64,000 nucleotides of DNA. It comes from Eledone cirrhosa. Lineage: Eukaryota. The notes below the pieces were generated by a model that saw only the letters and a program-made list of their open reading frames with translations, had not been told where the DNA came from and searched no databases. A program made the translations under genes and the position numbers. Where the stretch lies: assembly GCA_964016885.1 (NCBI GenBank), contig OZ024763.1, positions 8,556,001 to 8,620,000 on the forward strand, in the 5' to 3' direction. Positions 13,862 to 28,990 of this stretch are shown here, one piece after another (within the stretch, counting starts at the first letter, position 1; the number at the start of each line of letters is the position of its first letter).

Positions 13862-13978
13862 CTGAAAAACATAGGTGGCACATTTATAACCTTTTTTTAG
13901 TTTACATTAATAAGACAGTGAAACAATGACTATAGTCGCCTAAAACACATGGCATTATGAGGCTCTTTGCTTGCAAAC

Positions 13979-14030
<52 letters not shown>

Positions 14031-14279
14031 CCGAAGCGAAAACTAACCAAACAGTGAATGTGTTTCTGTTAAAGTACCAGTAATGCACTGGGTATTTGCT
14101 GGCCTTGTGCCTAAAGTAGAAACAATTATTTCTGACAATATTATAACAATATGACCCGCCCCAAGTATAACAATACATACACACATCCATACACACATAC
14201 ACATATGCATGTGTGTGTGAATATATGTATATATATAAAGTGTACAAATAGTTAGATAGATATAGAAATAGAAATAGAT

Positions 14280-14363
<84 letters not shown>

Positions 14364-15048
14364 GGATGGATCTATAGATAGATAGACAGAGAGATAGATA
14401 GATGTTTTTTATGAAGAATGTTTCCTCAGTAGCCAACTTTCTGGTGTTAGCTGAATTGGAGTAGGCAGCTCACAGCTAGTTTATGGAGATGAGATATAAA
14501 AACTACCTTTGTAGATGGAGTTTCTACAGAATGTAACCTAGTTTGTCCAATGTATGTATTGGAGTGTTCAACAATTAGTGGAAGAAAGAAATATCAATTA
14601 GATTGTCCCTCGGTGGTGTGAAGCGGGGGAGAAAGATGTGTTATGGGGGAGTGTTAGGTAATAGTAGAGCAGTGGAATGTGTTGGACTAATTTACTGATG
14701 AATAAAATATCTATGTAGTTTTCATAATTACTTTGTATCTGGAGAGGGGGAGTGAAATTGTCAGTGTGGTTAGAACATGTATGTGAAGATGGCTGACTGA
14801 ATATGCATGTGTGATTTTTTTCTCCCCTTTATTTTCCTCCTTTTTCCCCTCCATTCATTCCCTTTGTCACTCTTTACTTTCTATTTATCTTTTGTTTCTA
14901 ACTCTATCTTCTGATGAAGGACTAGTGTCTGAAATGTTGAGACTCTCTTCCTGCTATTTCAAGCGTTAAACTAATATATTTCTACCATGTATTATGCCGT
15001 TTATTTTGTTATTTCTGTTTACCTTATATATATATATATATTTGTATG

Positions 15049-15104
<56 letters not shown>

Positions 15105-15348
15105 TGTATCCATATATACACCCACCACCCACACACAACAACAAAGAGAGGAGGGGATGTAACATAATAATGAAAACGATGACAACTAACAGATGATTTG
15201 TAAATATTATTGATGACAGTTCGATCTATGGAGAATGTACAGAAAATGTATGATAATGCATTAATTATAGCTTCTAACACGCACACATAGCTACATATAC
15301 ACACATATATAGAGGCATATACACACGCCCTTTCATGTATACATATAG

Positions 15349-15412
<64 letters not shown>

Positions 15413-15484
15413 ATGTATGTATATTGATATGTTTATAAGAATATCTATAAACATATTTATATATATATGTATAGATATATATAA

Positions 15485-15571
<87 letters not shown>

Positions 15572-15659
15572 TGTATTTGAATACACATATACTTATATAT
15601 GTATGAATATATATGTATATGTGTATATTATGTATATATATTTGAATATATATATATAT

Positions 15660-15712
<53 letters not shown>

Positions 15713-15975
15713 TATATATATATCACTATATATATATATATGTATATATATACACACTGGACATGCCACAGTATGTTGGTGTACATAATTTAATCCTGTT
15801 CCCCGACAATATTCAGGATTAGTTTACTGTCATATAAACCTGTGTAGGATTCATGTTACTGGAATACTGCAATAACAATAGACATAGCAGTATATAACAG
15901 GGACTGTTTATATACACTCACACACATATACATATACACAAATGTAAATATACATATAAACACATGCACACAAAC

Positions 15976-16030
<55 letters not shown>

Positions 16031-16046
16031 ATATATATATATATAT

Positions 16047-16107
<61 letters not shown>

Positions 16108-16116
16108 TATATATAT

Positions 16117-16147
<31 letters not shown>

Positions 16148-16376
16148 GGTTTAGCGTCCGTGTTCCACGCTTGCATGGGTTTGGACGGGGGTTTTCCCAC
16201 TTGAGGCAAGAGTGGTTGTCTTGCTCGCATAGGACTGTCTGGCGGGTTTTCTACAGTTGGATGCCCTTCCTAACACCAACCACATTTACAGTGTGGGGCT
16301 GGGAGGTTTTTACCGTGTTGCCTACACGGCCACATTACAGCGTGGACTGTCTATATATATATATATACATATATAT

Positions 16377-16461
<85 letters not shown>

Positions 16462-16510
16462 ATATATATATGTATATATATATGTATATATATATATGTA
16501 TATGTATATG

Positions 16511-16580
<70 letters not shown>

Positions 16581-17226
16581 TATATATGTATATATATATG
16601 TATATATATATGTATATATATGTATATATATGTATATATACATATATATATATGTATATATATATGTATATATATATGTATATATATGTATATATATGTA
16701 TATATATGTATATATATATGTATATATGTATATATATATGTATATATGTATATATGTATATATATATATATATATATACATATGTATATATATATACATA
16801 TAAATGTATACATGCACACATGTATATATATATACATACACACATTACAAGACCCCATAAAGCAATACATATCATGGACACCCTATATACACATATATAC
16901 ACACATACATGTATGCACATACATATACACATATACGCATGAATACATACACATAGATGCATATAGTTACATATTCACACCAATATAGACTCAGTCATAT
17001 TTACACATACACACATAATTACACTATCTGACTATAACTTATATACACACACTCATATACTCACACACACATACACACATGCACCCACATATACAGATAC
17101 ACATATATATATACATGCACATATGCTCCTCCACACACACAGAACACAGCCTATTTCTCCTGAACAAAGAAGAAGAAGAAGAAGAAGAAGAAGAAGAAGA
17201 AGAAGAAGAAGAAGAAGAAGAAGAAG

Positions 17227-17490
17227 GTCTAATGATAAGGTCTAATGATTACTTATCGCAAATCCCAGGAAACCCGCGTATAGGAGAAATACAAAAGATA
17301 GTACTAATGGGAACTGCCCATATACTAAGGAAGATTCTGTCAATATAATACATCACAAGTCTAAACACTAAAGATGCATGTGTGAGTATGTATGTTCTTT
17401 CTTGAACATGGCGGACCTTGTTGTCTCTTGAGGTCACTGGTTGTGACTTGGTGATAACTCGTATGAACATAAAGCAAGATAAATGCAGCT

Positions 17491-17492
<2 letters not shown>
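17227..17492 (+). mobile_element. 3' tip of an R4/Dong-clade LINE
   Basis: NDYLSQIPGNPRIGEIQKIVLMGTAHILRKILSI*, then 3' UTR and (TAA)n; preceded by (GAA)n. Confidence 0.8.
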
Positions 17493-17528
<36 letters not shown>

Positions 17529-17529
<1 letters not shown>

Positions 17530-18318
17530 TGAGAAGAGGAGACCTCAAAAAGGCTACAGAAGGAATGCTAATGGCTGCGCAGGAGCAGGCCCTCAAAACG
17601 AAGTGGTTGAAGCACCATATCTACAAGGAGGAGGCTAGCCCACTGTGCAGGATCTGTGGAGAGAGAGAGGAGACTGTGGCTCACATTGTGTCCGAGTGTA
17701 AACACCTAGCCCAGACCCACTATAAGGGCTGGAGACACGATGTGATGGGCAGGGTGATCCACTGGCACCTGTGCAAAGTAAACAATCTACCACATTCTGA
17801 GAAATGGTATGAGCATAGGCCAGAGGCGGTGATGGAGAACAGTCAGGTGAAGGTGCTGTGGGATTTTAGGATACAGACGGACAAAAAACTGGAACACAAT
17901 AGACCTGACCTGGTGGTTGTGGACAAAGAAAAAAGATCGTGCCTGATTGTGGATGTGGCCTGCCCGTTCGACACGAGAGTGCAAGAGAAGGAGAGGGAGA
18001 AAATTAACCGATACCAGGACCTAAAGTGGGAGGTGAAAAGGATTTGGAACTGCCATGAAGTCAAAGTGATCCCGATTGTCATAGGCGCACTGGGGACTAT
18101 CTCCAAAGGTTTCCAGGGATGGTTAAAGAAAATCGGCCCCTTCACGCTTTTTGGAACGCTTCAAAAGGCATGCTTGCTTGGAACAGCAAGAACCCTCCGA
18201 TACGTCCTGAATATCTGAGGCTGCAGGTAGTGGCTTGATATTCAATCCAACGGACTTTCCAGTTAACCAACATCAATGACTGAGATTCAAGGAATAACAA
18301 TAACAATAATAATAATTA
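17529..18318 (+). mobile_element. 5'-truncated R4/Dong-clade non-LTR retrotransposon (CCHC knuckle plus restriction-like endonuclease; ORF ends 18218)
   Basis: CRICGEREETVAHIVSEC, RHD, PDLVVVD...IVDVACP, EKINRYQDL, PIVIGALG; flanked by (TAA)n. Confidence 0.93.
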
Positions 18319-18502
18319 TTGACCCTCATTACTTGATCGGTTCTTTCTTTTATGAAAATCAGAGTTGACTTCGGTGGGATTTGAACACAGAACTGAATGA
18401 GTCGGAACAAATATTGAAGCCTTAATAATCCAAAGACCCTAACTCCGACTCCACTAATTTGTCACCTCACCTTTGACATTGATACAGAAATGGAATACTT
18501 AC

Positions 18503-18602
18503 TGACAGAATACTGCAAATGTTGCCGAAATATTTGGGTTGGAGATGGTATTGTAGCTACATCTGGTGACATTTATTACTTTCTCTAGGAACATCGGACA
18601 CA
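18503..18602 (-). CDS. Cys-rich secreted protein exon 4 (VCPMFLEKVINVTRCSYNTISNPNISATFAVFC)
   Basis: tacag / gtaagt; phase 1 to 2; 3 Cys. Confidence 0.88.
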
Positions 18603-19061
18603 CTGTACAAAATATAATGTAAATATATATATATTGATAATTATTTCTTCTTTTGGCACAAAGCCAGTAACTGCCCAGTGTATTACTGCTACTTTATTTT
18701 ATCGACCCCATAAGGATGAAAGGCAAAGTTAACCTCGGCAGGATTTGAACTCAGACCATAAAGGGCCGTAACTCTTTGCTGCAAAACATGGCGTCCGGCC
18801 CTCTACTGATACTGCCAATCCACTGCCCTTATATAATATATAATATATAATATAATATATAATATATATTAATAATATTTATACTTATATATATAATCTA
18901 TATATAATTAAAAATAAGATAAGGGTAATATTGTGTTTTACCCAATTACCAGTAAGAAAATTAGCTCAATGTAAAATATTAGATATAATACAGAGCAGAA
19001 ATACAACATAGAAAACAATCAAATTTTTATTTAATGCATTTAATTGCTGACGATCGTTTCT

Positions 19062-19365
19062 TCCAGGAGGAGTCTTGTACTCTCAGTCGCTTTACAGTAT
19101 GAAATCGAGATAAGGATCAGCCTAACAAGGCTTCTAGCTTAAGACAGACTTTTACCCTGCAATGGACCGGTGTCCTGTCCAGGAGGAAGTCTTATACTCT
19201 CAGTCACTTCATGCCCTGAAACAAAGATAAGCCCCGGCCTAACAAGCCTTCTGGCTTAAGATAGTCTTTAATCATGCGATGGATTGGTGTCCTGTCCAGG
19301 GGGATTCTTGTACCCTCAAGATAAGCACTGGCCTAACAATGCTTCTGGCTTAAGACAGTCTTTAG
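19062..19365. repeat. ~115-bp tandem triplication
   Basis: Repeated tccagga...cttgtactctca...gcctaacaa..cttctggcttaagacag. Confidence 0.75.
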
Positions 19366-19391
19366 ATACTTAATCAAACTATGAACTATAA

Positions 19392-19431
<40 letters not shown>

Positions 19432-19463
19432 TCCAAGAAATAGACCCTGAAGAAGTATCTTAC

Positions 19464-19597
19464 CTGAATCACAAAGTCTATGTAGTTCATTGTTTGAAGA
19501 ATTCCAGCTGATCATTGAAAGGGATGTGATATGTTCATGGCAACGATTGGAACTCTGCTGGAGACATCTGGTGAAATTATTGGACTCTACTGAACGC
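19464..19597 (-). CDS. Cys-rich secreted protein exon 3 (MRSVESNNFTRCLQQSSNRCHEHITSLSMISWNSSNNELHRLCDS)
   Basis: cctcag / gtaaga; phase 2 to 1; 3 Cys. Confidence 0.88.
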
Positions 19598-19935
19598 CTG
19601 AGGAAAGATCAATGTGCAAAGTGTTATATTAAAGAATTTCTGGTGTTACTAGGACTCACACTCGTAGCAGTCTCTAGCCTCTGATCTACACAGGAGTTGT
19701 CTCCCCTTGGTGAAGGTATGGTATCACAAGGACTCGTACGGAAATACACTCCAGATTCTGTCATACAGGTGTGTTGTGTCCTCCCTCTAACATTCCTACT
19801 GCTACTATAATGGCATCTACTCTTCTAAACCTAACAAATTTTGTATCATTGCATTGTTGTGTATCATCTCAAGGGAATCAACTTAGGGATGCCTTTTGCA
19901 TGAAAAATCAACAGTTAAGTTTGTGATAATTTGTT

Positions 19936-20366
19936 TAACCCTTTACCATTTTCATTACTCTATATATACTATTGTATTTTCACAGTAAAGGCTTTACCTC
20001 ACATAATATCTCACATAACATTTACAATACTCTATATATACTATTGTATTTTCACAGTAAAGGCTTTACCTCACATAATATCTCACATAACATTTACAAT
20101 ACTCTATATATACTATTGTATTTTCACAGTAAAGGCTTTACCTCACATAATATCTCACATAACATTTACAATACTCTATATATACTATTGTATTTTCACA
20201 GTAAAGACTTTATCTCACATAATATCGAATCTATGAGATTTTGATATTATTTATTTTGAGAACAATACCTTAACATCAGTATGAGTGGCCAGTTACAACC
20301 GATTTGAGCAGAAAGAGGTGAGAGAATTCTGGCCTGATATGGCTGGTTTAAATGGTATAGGGTTGA
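19936..20366 (+). mobile_element. piggyBac-like MITE with an internal 60-bp tandem array (~4.7 units)
   Basis: ttaaCCCTTTACCATTT ... AAATGGTATAGGGttga. Confidence 0.75.
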
Positions 20367-20384
20367 TGGATGAACCTCACTTAC

Positions 20385-20511
20385 ATGCACAGTGTTCCTG
20401 TATCGACAGCGGCCGCTGATCGGCTGAGAGGACCCACATCAAGGGTTAAGAGGTTCGCGCATCGTTTGGCAGTGGATATGTCACAGCTCCCCTCCTGGGA
20501 CGAAGAAAATC
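20385..20511 (-). CDS. Cys-rich secreted protein exon 2 ([41 protein letters not shown])
   Basis: ttcag / gtaagt; phase 1 to 2; open frame; GC-richer than flanks. Confidence 0.88.
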
Positions 20512-20604
20512 CTGAATATTTTGAAAGAAAATAGATTAGTAAGATTTGTTGTTGTCGGTGTTGGTGTTGTTTGTGGTGTTGTTGTTGTTGTTGGTGGTCT
20601 ATCT

Positions 20605-20892
20605 ATCTGTCTGTCTCTCTGTCAGTCTGTCAGTCTGTTTCTCTGTCAGTCTGTCTCTCTGTCAGTCTGTCTCTCTGTCAGTCTGTCTCTCTGTCAGTCT
20701 GTCAGTTTGTCTCTCTGTCAGTCTGTCTCTCTGTCAGTCTGTCTCTGTCAGTCTGTCTCTCTGTCAGTCTGTCTCTCTGTCAGTCTGTCTCTCTGTCAGT
20801 CTGTCTCTCTGTCAGTCTGTCTCTGTCAGTCTGTCAGTCTGTCAGTCTGTCTCTCTGTCAGTCTGTCAGTCTGTCAGTCTGTCTGTCTGTCA
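20605..20892. repeat. (CTGT/CAGT/CT)n compound microsatellite
   Basis: ctgtcagtctgtctct units. Confidence 0.9.
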
Positions 20893-21725
20893 CTACCGAC
20901 ATATTGGCATCTCTTTCTGTACTTTCGTCTCTCCAAGAATTTCTGATTTCCTGTAATTGTCAGTTCTGATGAAGGGTAGCACCGGTAGATGGGTGGATAG
21001 AGGGTGGATAGAGGGTGGATGGAGGGTGGATGGAGGGTAGATAGATGGATGGTGGGCAGAGAGTGGATGGAGGGTAGATAGATGGATGGTGGGTAGACGA
21101 ATGAAGGGGGGTAGATGGATGGGGGTGTGGTGGATGGATAGATGGGTGAATAGAGGGTGGATGGGGGTGGTTAGACGGGTGAAAAAAGGGTGAATGTGGG
21201 GGTGGATGAGTGGAGGGTGAATAGAGGGTGGATAGGGGTGGATGGGGGTTGATAGAGGGATGGTAGATAGAGGGTAGATAGAAGGGTGCTAGATGGGTGA
21301 CTAGTAGATGGATTGGGGGGGGGGTAGATAGAAGAGTGGCAGGGGTGGACAGAAAGGTAGTTGGAAGGGACCAGATACCCAAGTTGTATGGAGGGGTAAC
21401 CACTGTACTCAATACATTAATAGCGTGTCGGTATCTTTATAAAACAGTTCTAGTACTGTAGAAGTCATTTCTATATATCATAAAGATATAAATCAATAAC
21501 TGATCAACAAGATCACAGACCAATCAATAGTATTACCAATTGATCTTTCCAGTTTCTAATACTATCTAGTGGTTGCAACTCCAGGTAGAAGGAGCAATGT
21601 GAAGTAAAGTGTCTTGCTCAAGGATATAGTACCTGGCCTGGTCTGGGAATCAAACTCACAACCTCTTTATTGTGAATCCAATTTTCTAACTACTCAGCCA
21701 CACTAAAGACATATTTGTGTGTGTA

Positions 21726-21804
<79 letters not shown>

Positions 21805-21819
21805 ATGTATTTATACATA

Positions 21820-21853
<34 letters not shown>

Positions 21854-21932
21854 TACAAATACATATATATATATATATGTATATACATATATAAGTATAA
21901 ATATACATACATATTTACACATGAATATATAA

Positions 21933-21992
<60 letters not shown>

Positions 21993-22105
21993 ACATACAT
22001 ATGTATATATATATATATATACATACATACCCATGCTCCGTCTAACCCATGCTAGCGTGGAAAGTGGACGTTAAACGAAGATGATGATGATGCATATATA
22101 TATAT

Positions 22106-22136
<31 letters not shown>

Positions 22137-22336
22137 CATATACATACATATATATATACATACCTATGTATATATATATACATACATATGTATATATGTA
22201 CATATATATATATATATATATATGTACAATATACATAAATATATTCTATATATTTTTTACATTCTACATACACTTGGTATTTGTTTAGTGCTTTATAATG
22301 GTATTTGGCATTCTTAGTGAACACACACACACACAC

Positions 22337-22390
<54 letters not shown>

Positions 22391-22418
22391 ACACTCAATA
22401 ATTACCCATGTTCCGTCA

Positions 22419-22678
<260 letters not shown>

Positions 22679-22689
22679 CATATATATAT

Positions 22690-22782
<93 letters not shown>

Positions 22783-23380
22783 CATATATATATATATTTT
22801 GAGTATATGCTGGTTGTTTACCGACACCTCTGTATACAGATTGGAGCACTCGACAAAGTACGCAGGTTAAATTTTACATATTTGACTTAATTATTTTATA
22901 TATATATATATGTATGTATGTATGTATTTTTATATATACATACACACAAATATATATATATATACACACACACACATATATATATATACACAGATACACA
23001 CACACACATATATAATATATATATACACACACACACATATATATATATACACACACACATATATATACACACACACATCTATATATATACACACACACAT
23101 ATATATATATAGCAGGATGTATTGTGTGTGTGTGTAACAGAATGTACAGCATCAGTCTAAGATGATATAAATCACTGAAATATTTAACCAAGTGGATTCT
23201 TAATGCCTTCGGCTGTCTCATTAGTGAATTGCAACACCCATCCACCCCTATACACACACTATACATCCCTATACACCCTCTACATACTTGCTATATATCA
23301 TTGTACATCACTCTACACCATCTCCACACTAACACTACATCATTCTGAAAACGTTTCATCTGTGTATGTTTAACGGATGG

Positions 23381-24668
23381 TTAACCCTTTATCATTTACA
23401 TTACTCTATATATACTATTGTATTTTCACAGTAAAGGCTTTACCTCACATAATATCTCACATATCATTTAGATTACTCTATATATACTATTGTATTTTCA
23501 CAGTAAAGACTTTACCTCACATAATATCTCACATAACATTTACATTACTCTATATATACTATTGTATTTTCACAGTAAAGGCTTTACCTCACATAATATC
23601 TCACATAACATTTACATTACTCTATATATACTATTGTATTTTCACAGTAAAGGCTTTACCTCACATAATATCTCACATAACATTTACATTACTCTATATA
23701 TACTATTGTATTTTCACAGTAAAGGCTTTACCTCACACAATATCTCACATAACATTTACATTACTCTATATATACTATTGTATTTTCACAGTAAAGGCTT
23801 TACCTCACATAATATCTCACATAACATTTACATTACTCTATATATACTATTGTATTTTCACAGTAAAGACTTTATCTCACATAATATCTCACATAACATT
23901 TAGATTACTCTATGTATACTATTGTATTTTCACAGTAAAGACTTTACCTCACATAATATCTCACATAACATTTACATTACTCTATATATACTATTGTATT
24001 TTCACAGTAAAGACGTTATCTCACATAATATCTCACATAACATTTAGATTACTCTATATATACTATTGTATTTTCACAGTAAAGGCTTTACCTCACATAA
24101 TATCTCACATAACATTCACATTACTCTATATATACTATTGTATTTTCACAGTAAAGGCTTTACCTCACATAATATCTCATAACATTCACATTACTCTATA
24201 TATGCTATTGTATTTTCACAGTAAAGGCTTTACCTCACATAATATCTCACATCACATTTACATTACTCTATATATACTATTGTATTTTCACGGTAAAGGC
24301 TTAACTTCACATAATATCTCACATAACATTTACATTACTCTATATATACTATTGTATTTTCACAGTAAAGGCTTAACCTCACATAATATCTCACATAATA
24401 TTGAATCTATGTGATTTTGATACTATTTCTTTTGAGCAGACTACATTAATATCAGTATGAGAGGCCGGTTACAGCTGGTTTGAACAGAAAGATGTGAGAG
24501 AATTCTGGTTGGTTACGACCAGTTTGAACAGAAAGAGGTGAGAGAATTCTGGCTGGTTACAACCAGTTTGAACAGAAAGAGGTGAGAGAATTCTGGCTGG
24601 TTACAACCAGTTTGAACAGAAAGCGGTGAGAGAATTCTGGCTGGTTACAGCTGGTTTGAACAGAAAGT
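23381..24668 (+). mobile_element. Same MITE with ~17 x 60-bp units plus ~4.3 x 44-bp units; right end missing
   Basis: ttaaccctttatcatttacattactc start; 60-bp period; 44-bp period at 24478/24522/24566/24610/24654. Confidence 0.8.
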
Positions 24669-25186
24669 TATATATAGATATGTATGTGTGAGTCTTGGTT
24701 TCAATTGGGGGGGGGGGGGGGGGGGGGTACTCAATACATTAGTAGGGTGTAAACATCATGCTTAATATAAAGAAATGGCTTCTACAGGACTAGAACTGTT
24801 TCATTCAAAATATTTCTTTTGAATGAAACAGCTCTAGTCCTGTAGAAGCCATTTCTTTACATTAATCGTGATAATGGTCTCCAAATCTTGATTTGAAACA
24901 CTTTGCCAGGTGGTGCTATTTAGTTAGATATGGCCTGAGCCAATACTGGCCAAAATTTATCAAAGTTAAAGTTATATATATACATATATACACATATATA
25001 TAATACACACACACTCACATTATATATATATATATATATATATAAATTTAACAGCTTTTTTCCAGGTTTAACATATCCTCATTAACATATATCCATTGAG
25101 TTTTGAATTTTTCAATCACTATCTTCATTGGATTTATACCATTAAGTTTACATGAAGATGTGTCACTTTCTTAACACCAAATAATA

Positions 25187-25247
25187 TATTTTATCTGACG
25201 AAAGCGTACTTAAATATTAGTATCCTTGAAATACATATAATAAAATA
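25187..25247 (+). ncRNA. Type I hammerhead motif
   Basis: tattttat CTGACGA aag..tact..agta..ctt GAAAT acat ATA ataaaata; 8-bp AU-rich stem I. Confidence 0.6.
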
Positions 25248-25999
25248 AATATGGTTTTATAAAGATATTTTCCATTTATTAATATTCTTAATATATATAT
25301 ATATATATACACACATATATATATATACATATATATATATATAAATATATATATATATATCAGGGCTTCCTGATGATTTCTCCCGAATGAAACAGTTTTA
25401 GTCCCGTAGAAGCCATTTCTATATTAAATATTTATATTCTGCTATGTATTGAGTACCTTACTAACTTTACCCCCGATTGAACCAGGGATAAACATATCTA
25501 TCTATCTATATATATATACATATATATATAATTTAAAAGGTATATACATATAAACTAGACAAGTCATAGATACAAATATATGTTTTTGGCAACCATTCAC
25601 GGTGTGGCTCAATGGAGAATTAATAATTATTTCTACGTTAGGCACAAGGCCAGCAATTACCCCAGTGCATTACTGGTACTTTATTTTATCGATCCCGTAA
25701 GGATGAAAGGCAAAGTTAACCTCGGCGGGATTTGAACTCAGAGAATTAATAATCAGAGCAAAATATAAAAAAAATAAGTAAGTCCATAGAATCATTAGAT
25801 AAAATATATACAGTATTTCTCCCCCCAATCAGTATAAATCAACCACACAAAAAATCATTTAAACGAGGCTATAAGTTTATGTATACACACACTAATAGAC
25901 AAAGCGTCCATCATCAAAACTCTCCTAAATACATGTCATGTCTTCCTCGATGGAAATGTCATATGAGGTCAGTATAAGAAAGGTGAAAGGTCAACTTAC

Positions 26000-26084
26000 C
26001 GGTCAGATAGGTCACCAGGATGACCAGAGGAATTAAATAGTCTTCATAATGGATTGATCTTAAACCCTTCTGTCTTCTAGCCAT
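26000..26084 (-). CDS. Cys-rich secreted protein, coding exon 1 (MARRQKGLRSIHYEDYLIPLVILVTYLT; signal peptide/anchor; acceptor at 26091)
   Basis: tccag acceptor, ATCATGG start context, basic n-region plus hydrophobic h-region, G|gtaagt donor. Confidence 0.85.
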
Positions 26085-27092
26085 GATGGAACTGGAGTAA
26101 AAGAAGACTTTTTCTATATCTCACCCTCCCCCAATCTGCCTCTCTCTTTTTCTGTGTATATATATACACATATATATATATATACCACACTTTCTCTCTC
26201 TCTCTCTCTCTCTCTCTTTTTCTCTCAATCTAACGCTCTCCCTTTCTTTCTCTATGTATATATATATATATATCACTCTCTCTCTCTCTCTCTCTTTCTC
26301 TCTCTGTCTCCCTTTAAGTCTCTACCTCGGTGTGTGTGTATATGTATGTATATATGTGTGTATATGTATGTATATATGTGTGTATATGTATGTATATATG
26401 TGTGTATGTATTTCTGTATGTGTGTGTGTGGAGAGTAACGTTAAAAAATGAGGTGAAGAGAAAGAAAAAGGAAATAAAGAAGGAAGAAAGAAGAAAAACA
26501 AGAAGAAAACTAAGAAAAGATGAGGGGGGGAGGAGGAGGAGGAGATGTTGGTGTCAGTCTGAAGGAAACTCAAGAGTGTCACATCACGTCTTGGACATTC
26601 CTAAGATATGGAGTGGACGGGAGGAGAGTGGGAGAGAGAGGGTGAGTGAAGTTGGGAGAGAGAGGGGGAGAGAGGGGGAGTGAAGTTGGGAGAGAGAGAG
26701 GTAGTGGACGAAGAGAGAGAGGGAGGGATTGTTTCGACGTGTTGGTCAGAAGTGGAAAGCCAGCAGGCTCAGCACGACATGACATAACTCCATTGTTAAG
26801 AGGTCTTCCGTCAGTGGTTACGAGGAAGGGCAGTTGACATGACATAAAGGGGAGGGGGAGAAGAAGAGAGAGGGTGGGGGATTGTTTCGATGTGTTGGTC
26901 AGAAATGGAAAGGATGTAGGTCTTCCGTCAGTGGTTACGGTGAAGAGCAGTAGACACAACATAATATAAATCCCTTGTTAAGGGGTCTTCCGTCAGTGGT
27001 GACGAGGAAGGAGAGAAACCACCACACACTCACGCCCAGTGATGGCGTTCCGTCGGTTTCGACGATGAGTATTCTAGGTGATTCAATGTGTG

Positions 27093-27125
<33 letters not shown>

Positions 27126-27899
27126 ATACGTGTGTGTGTGTGAGTGTGTATGTGTCTGTGTGTGTATAAACATGAGTGTGTCCATACATACATATATGTG
27201 TGTGTGTGTATGTGTGTATATATATGTATGTGTGTGTATATATATCTATATATATATATATATGTGTGTGTGTGTATGTATATGTGTGTATGTATATATA
27301 TATGTGTGTGTGTGTGTGTATGTATATATATATATATATGTGTGTATGTATATATATATATGTGTGTATGTATATATATATATATGTGTGTGTGTGTATG
27401 TGTGTACACAGCCATGAATGTTAGTTCCCTATATTTAAACAGCAGTAGGGTTCCCTTACACGTCCATCTACCAGGTCATGTCCCCCCCAGTTAACCCCGA
27501 GGGTGGGGTCAAAGGTCTGTGACAGTCCCAAGGAGTCAACTACCTTTGCAAGACATTCCTGAGTTCTTTATTTACCTTCCAGTGTCTTCGATATTGTCAC
27601 GACTGTCATGGCTGTTACGTTACCAACTGTGGTGGTGGTGGGAGGGAGGGGGTAGTGTGAGGTGGTGGGAGGGAGGGGGTAGTGTGAGGTGGTGGTAGGT
27701 GACAGGGGTAGTGCGGAGTGGTGGTGTGGTGTGGAGGGTAGTGTGGGGGAACTTTTGGTGGTGGTGCAGTGGTGTGGTGGTTGTGGGGGAGTGTGGCCTG
27801 GATATATATATATGTATGTGTGTGTGTGTGTGTGTGATTGCCTCAAACAAATCGAATAGTACTTGCTGTACTGCAGCTAAAATTCGATTTACAATCATT

Positions 27900-28085
27900 C
27901 GGTGGATTGCCAGTATCGGTGGAGGGTCGGACGCCATGCTTTCCAGCATAGTTACGTGCCTTTACGATCTGAGTTCAAATCCCGCCGAGGTTGACTTTGC
28001 CTTTCATCCTTACGAGGTCGATAAAATAAAGTACCAGTAATGCACTGGGATAATTGCTGGCCTTGTGCCAAAAGTAGAAACAATT
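27900..28085 (+). mobile_element. tRNA-derived SINE with Nin/Deu-type conserved domain; copies 13570-13680, 18340-18450, 18650-18830, 25630-25745, 44555-44762, 45795-45897 (-); 31055-31280 (+)
   Basis: gagttcaaatcccgccgaggttgactttgcctttcatcc...ggtcgataaaataaagtaccagt. Confidence 0.85.
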
Positions 28086-28180
28086 ATATATATATATATG
28101 AAAAGAGTCAGTACTCCGACGGCTGAGCTTCGGCTGAGTTTCGACAGCTAGATCCGAACTCACACACACACACCCATATG

Positions 28181-28222
<42 letters not shown>

Positions 28223-28524
28223 TACTTAACTCGTCATATGGGCTCAGTGCTCTTACCTTTGGATCATCATCATCATCATCATCATCATTATCATTTAAAA
28301 CATGACTCTCCGATTTTTCTTCCTTTGATAAAGAAATTATCAGTTCGAAATATTACGAAATGCAAGATAAAAACTATTTTGTTTTGTTTTGTCATTTTCT
28401 GCTCTTTTGAACGAATTGCGAGCAATTAAATATAAGGTTATATTCGTAGTTGTATAAATAACAGTACAAATGCGTAAATAACATTATAAATTATACTCAT
28501 ATATATATATATATATATATATTG

Positions 28525-28990
28525 TATTTCATCCCACAGGGTGTCCAAATATCACCCTCCTCACCAAGCAAGCTTGGTAGGGTTGCCGGTTTAGTCACTG
28601 ACGACCCGACCATGTTGTACTGCGTTACCAGTAGCATTCGAGAGCAGAGTCAACAGCCATTCAAATAGTACCTTTTTTTTTTCACCGGAGAGTGAAAGGC
28701 TCCCAGTTGTTGTCACCTTTCTAAGAGAGGGAAACTCTGAAAAAAACCTGCGCATTCGGAAGCATCCGATGATGTTGACAAGTTCTCCTTTTCTGGTGGT
28801 GTTTTCGATGCTCGGAGAGTGGGATTGGTCGGGTTCAAGGCCTTTCTCCACTTAAAAAACCTTCAAAGCACAGGCATTGCTTGTTCAGGATATGTTACAG
28901 GTTCGCGTGGGTGTCCGTAGCTTAAAAGTGCACCAGTTTCTGGAATTTGATAAGCGGTAGCAGTACTCTTAACAGAGTTTGCAGCCACCA
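28525..28990 (+). mobile_element. Non-autonomous RTE-derived element (5' UTR-like part fused to a 3' tail)
   Basis: Flanked by (TA)n; ends gagtttgcagccacca(ta)n as in 12817-13150; gggaaactctga..aaacctg block resembles RTE 5' UTRs. Confidence 0.6.

Noticed and set aside
14405-14570. YIGQT...EETFFIK, possible GIY-YIG remnant (-)
   Set aside because: Too short and degenerate to call
15851-15866. Possible alternative terminal exon (ttgcag acceptor; HIPVT*) of the Cys-rich gene
   Set aside because: Would truncate a module mid-domain; only an acceptor-like site supports it
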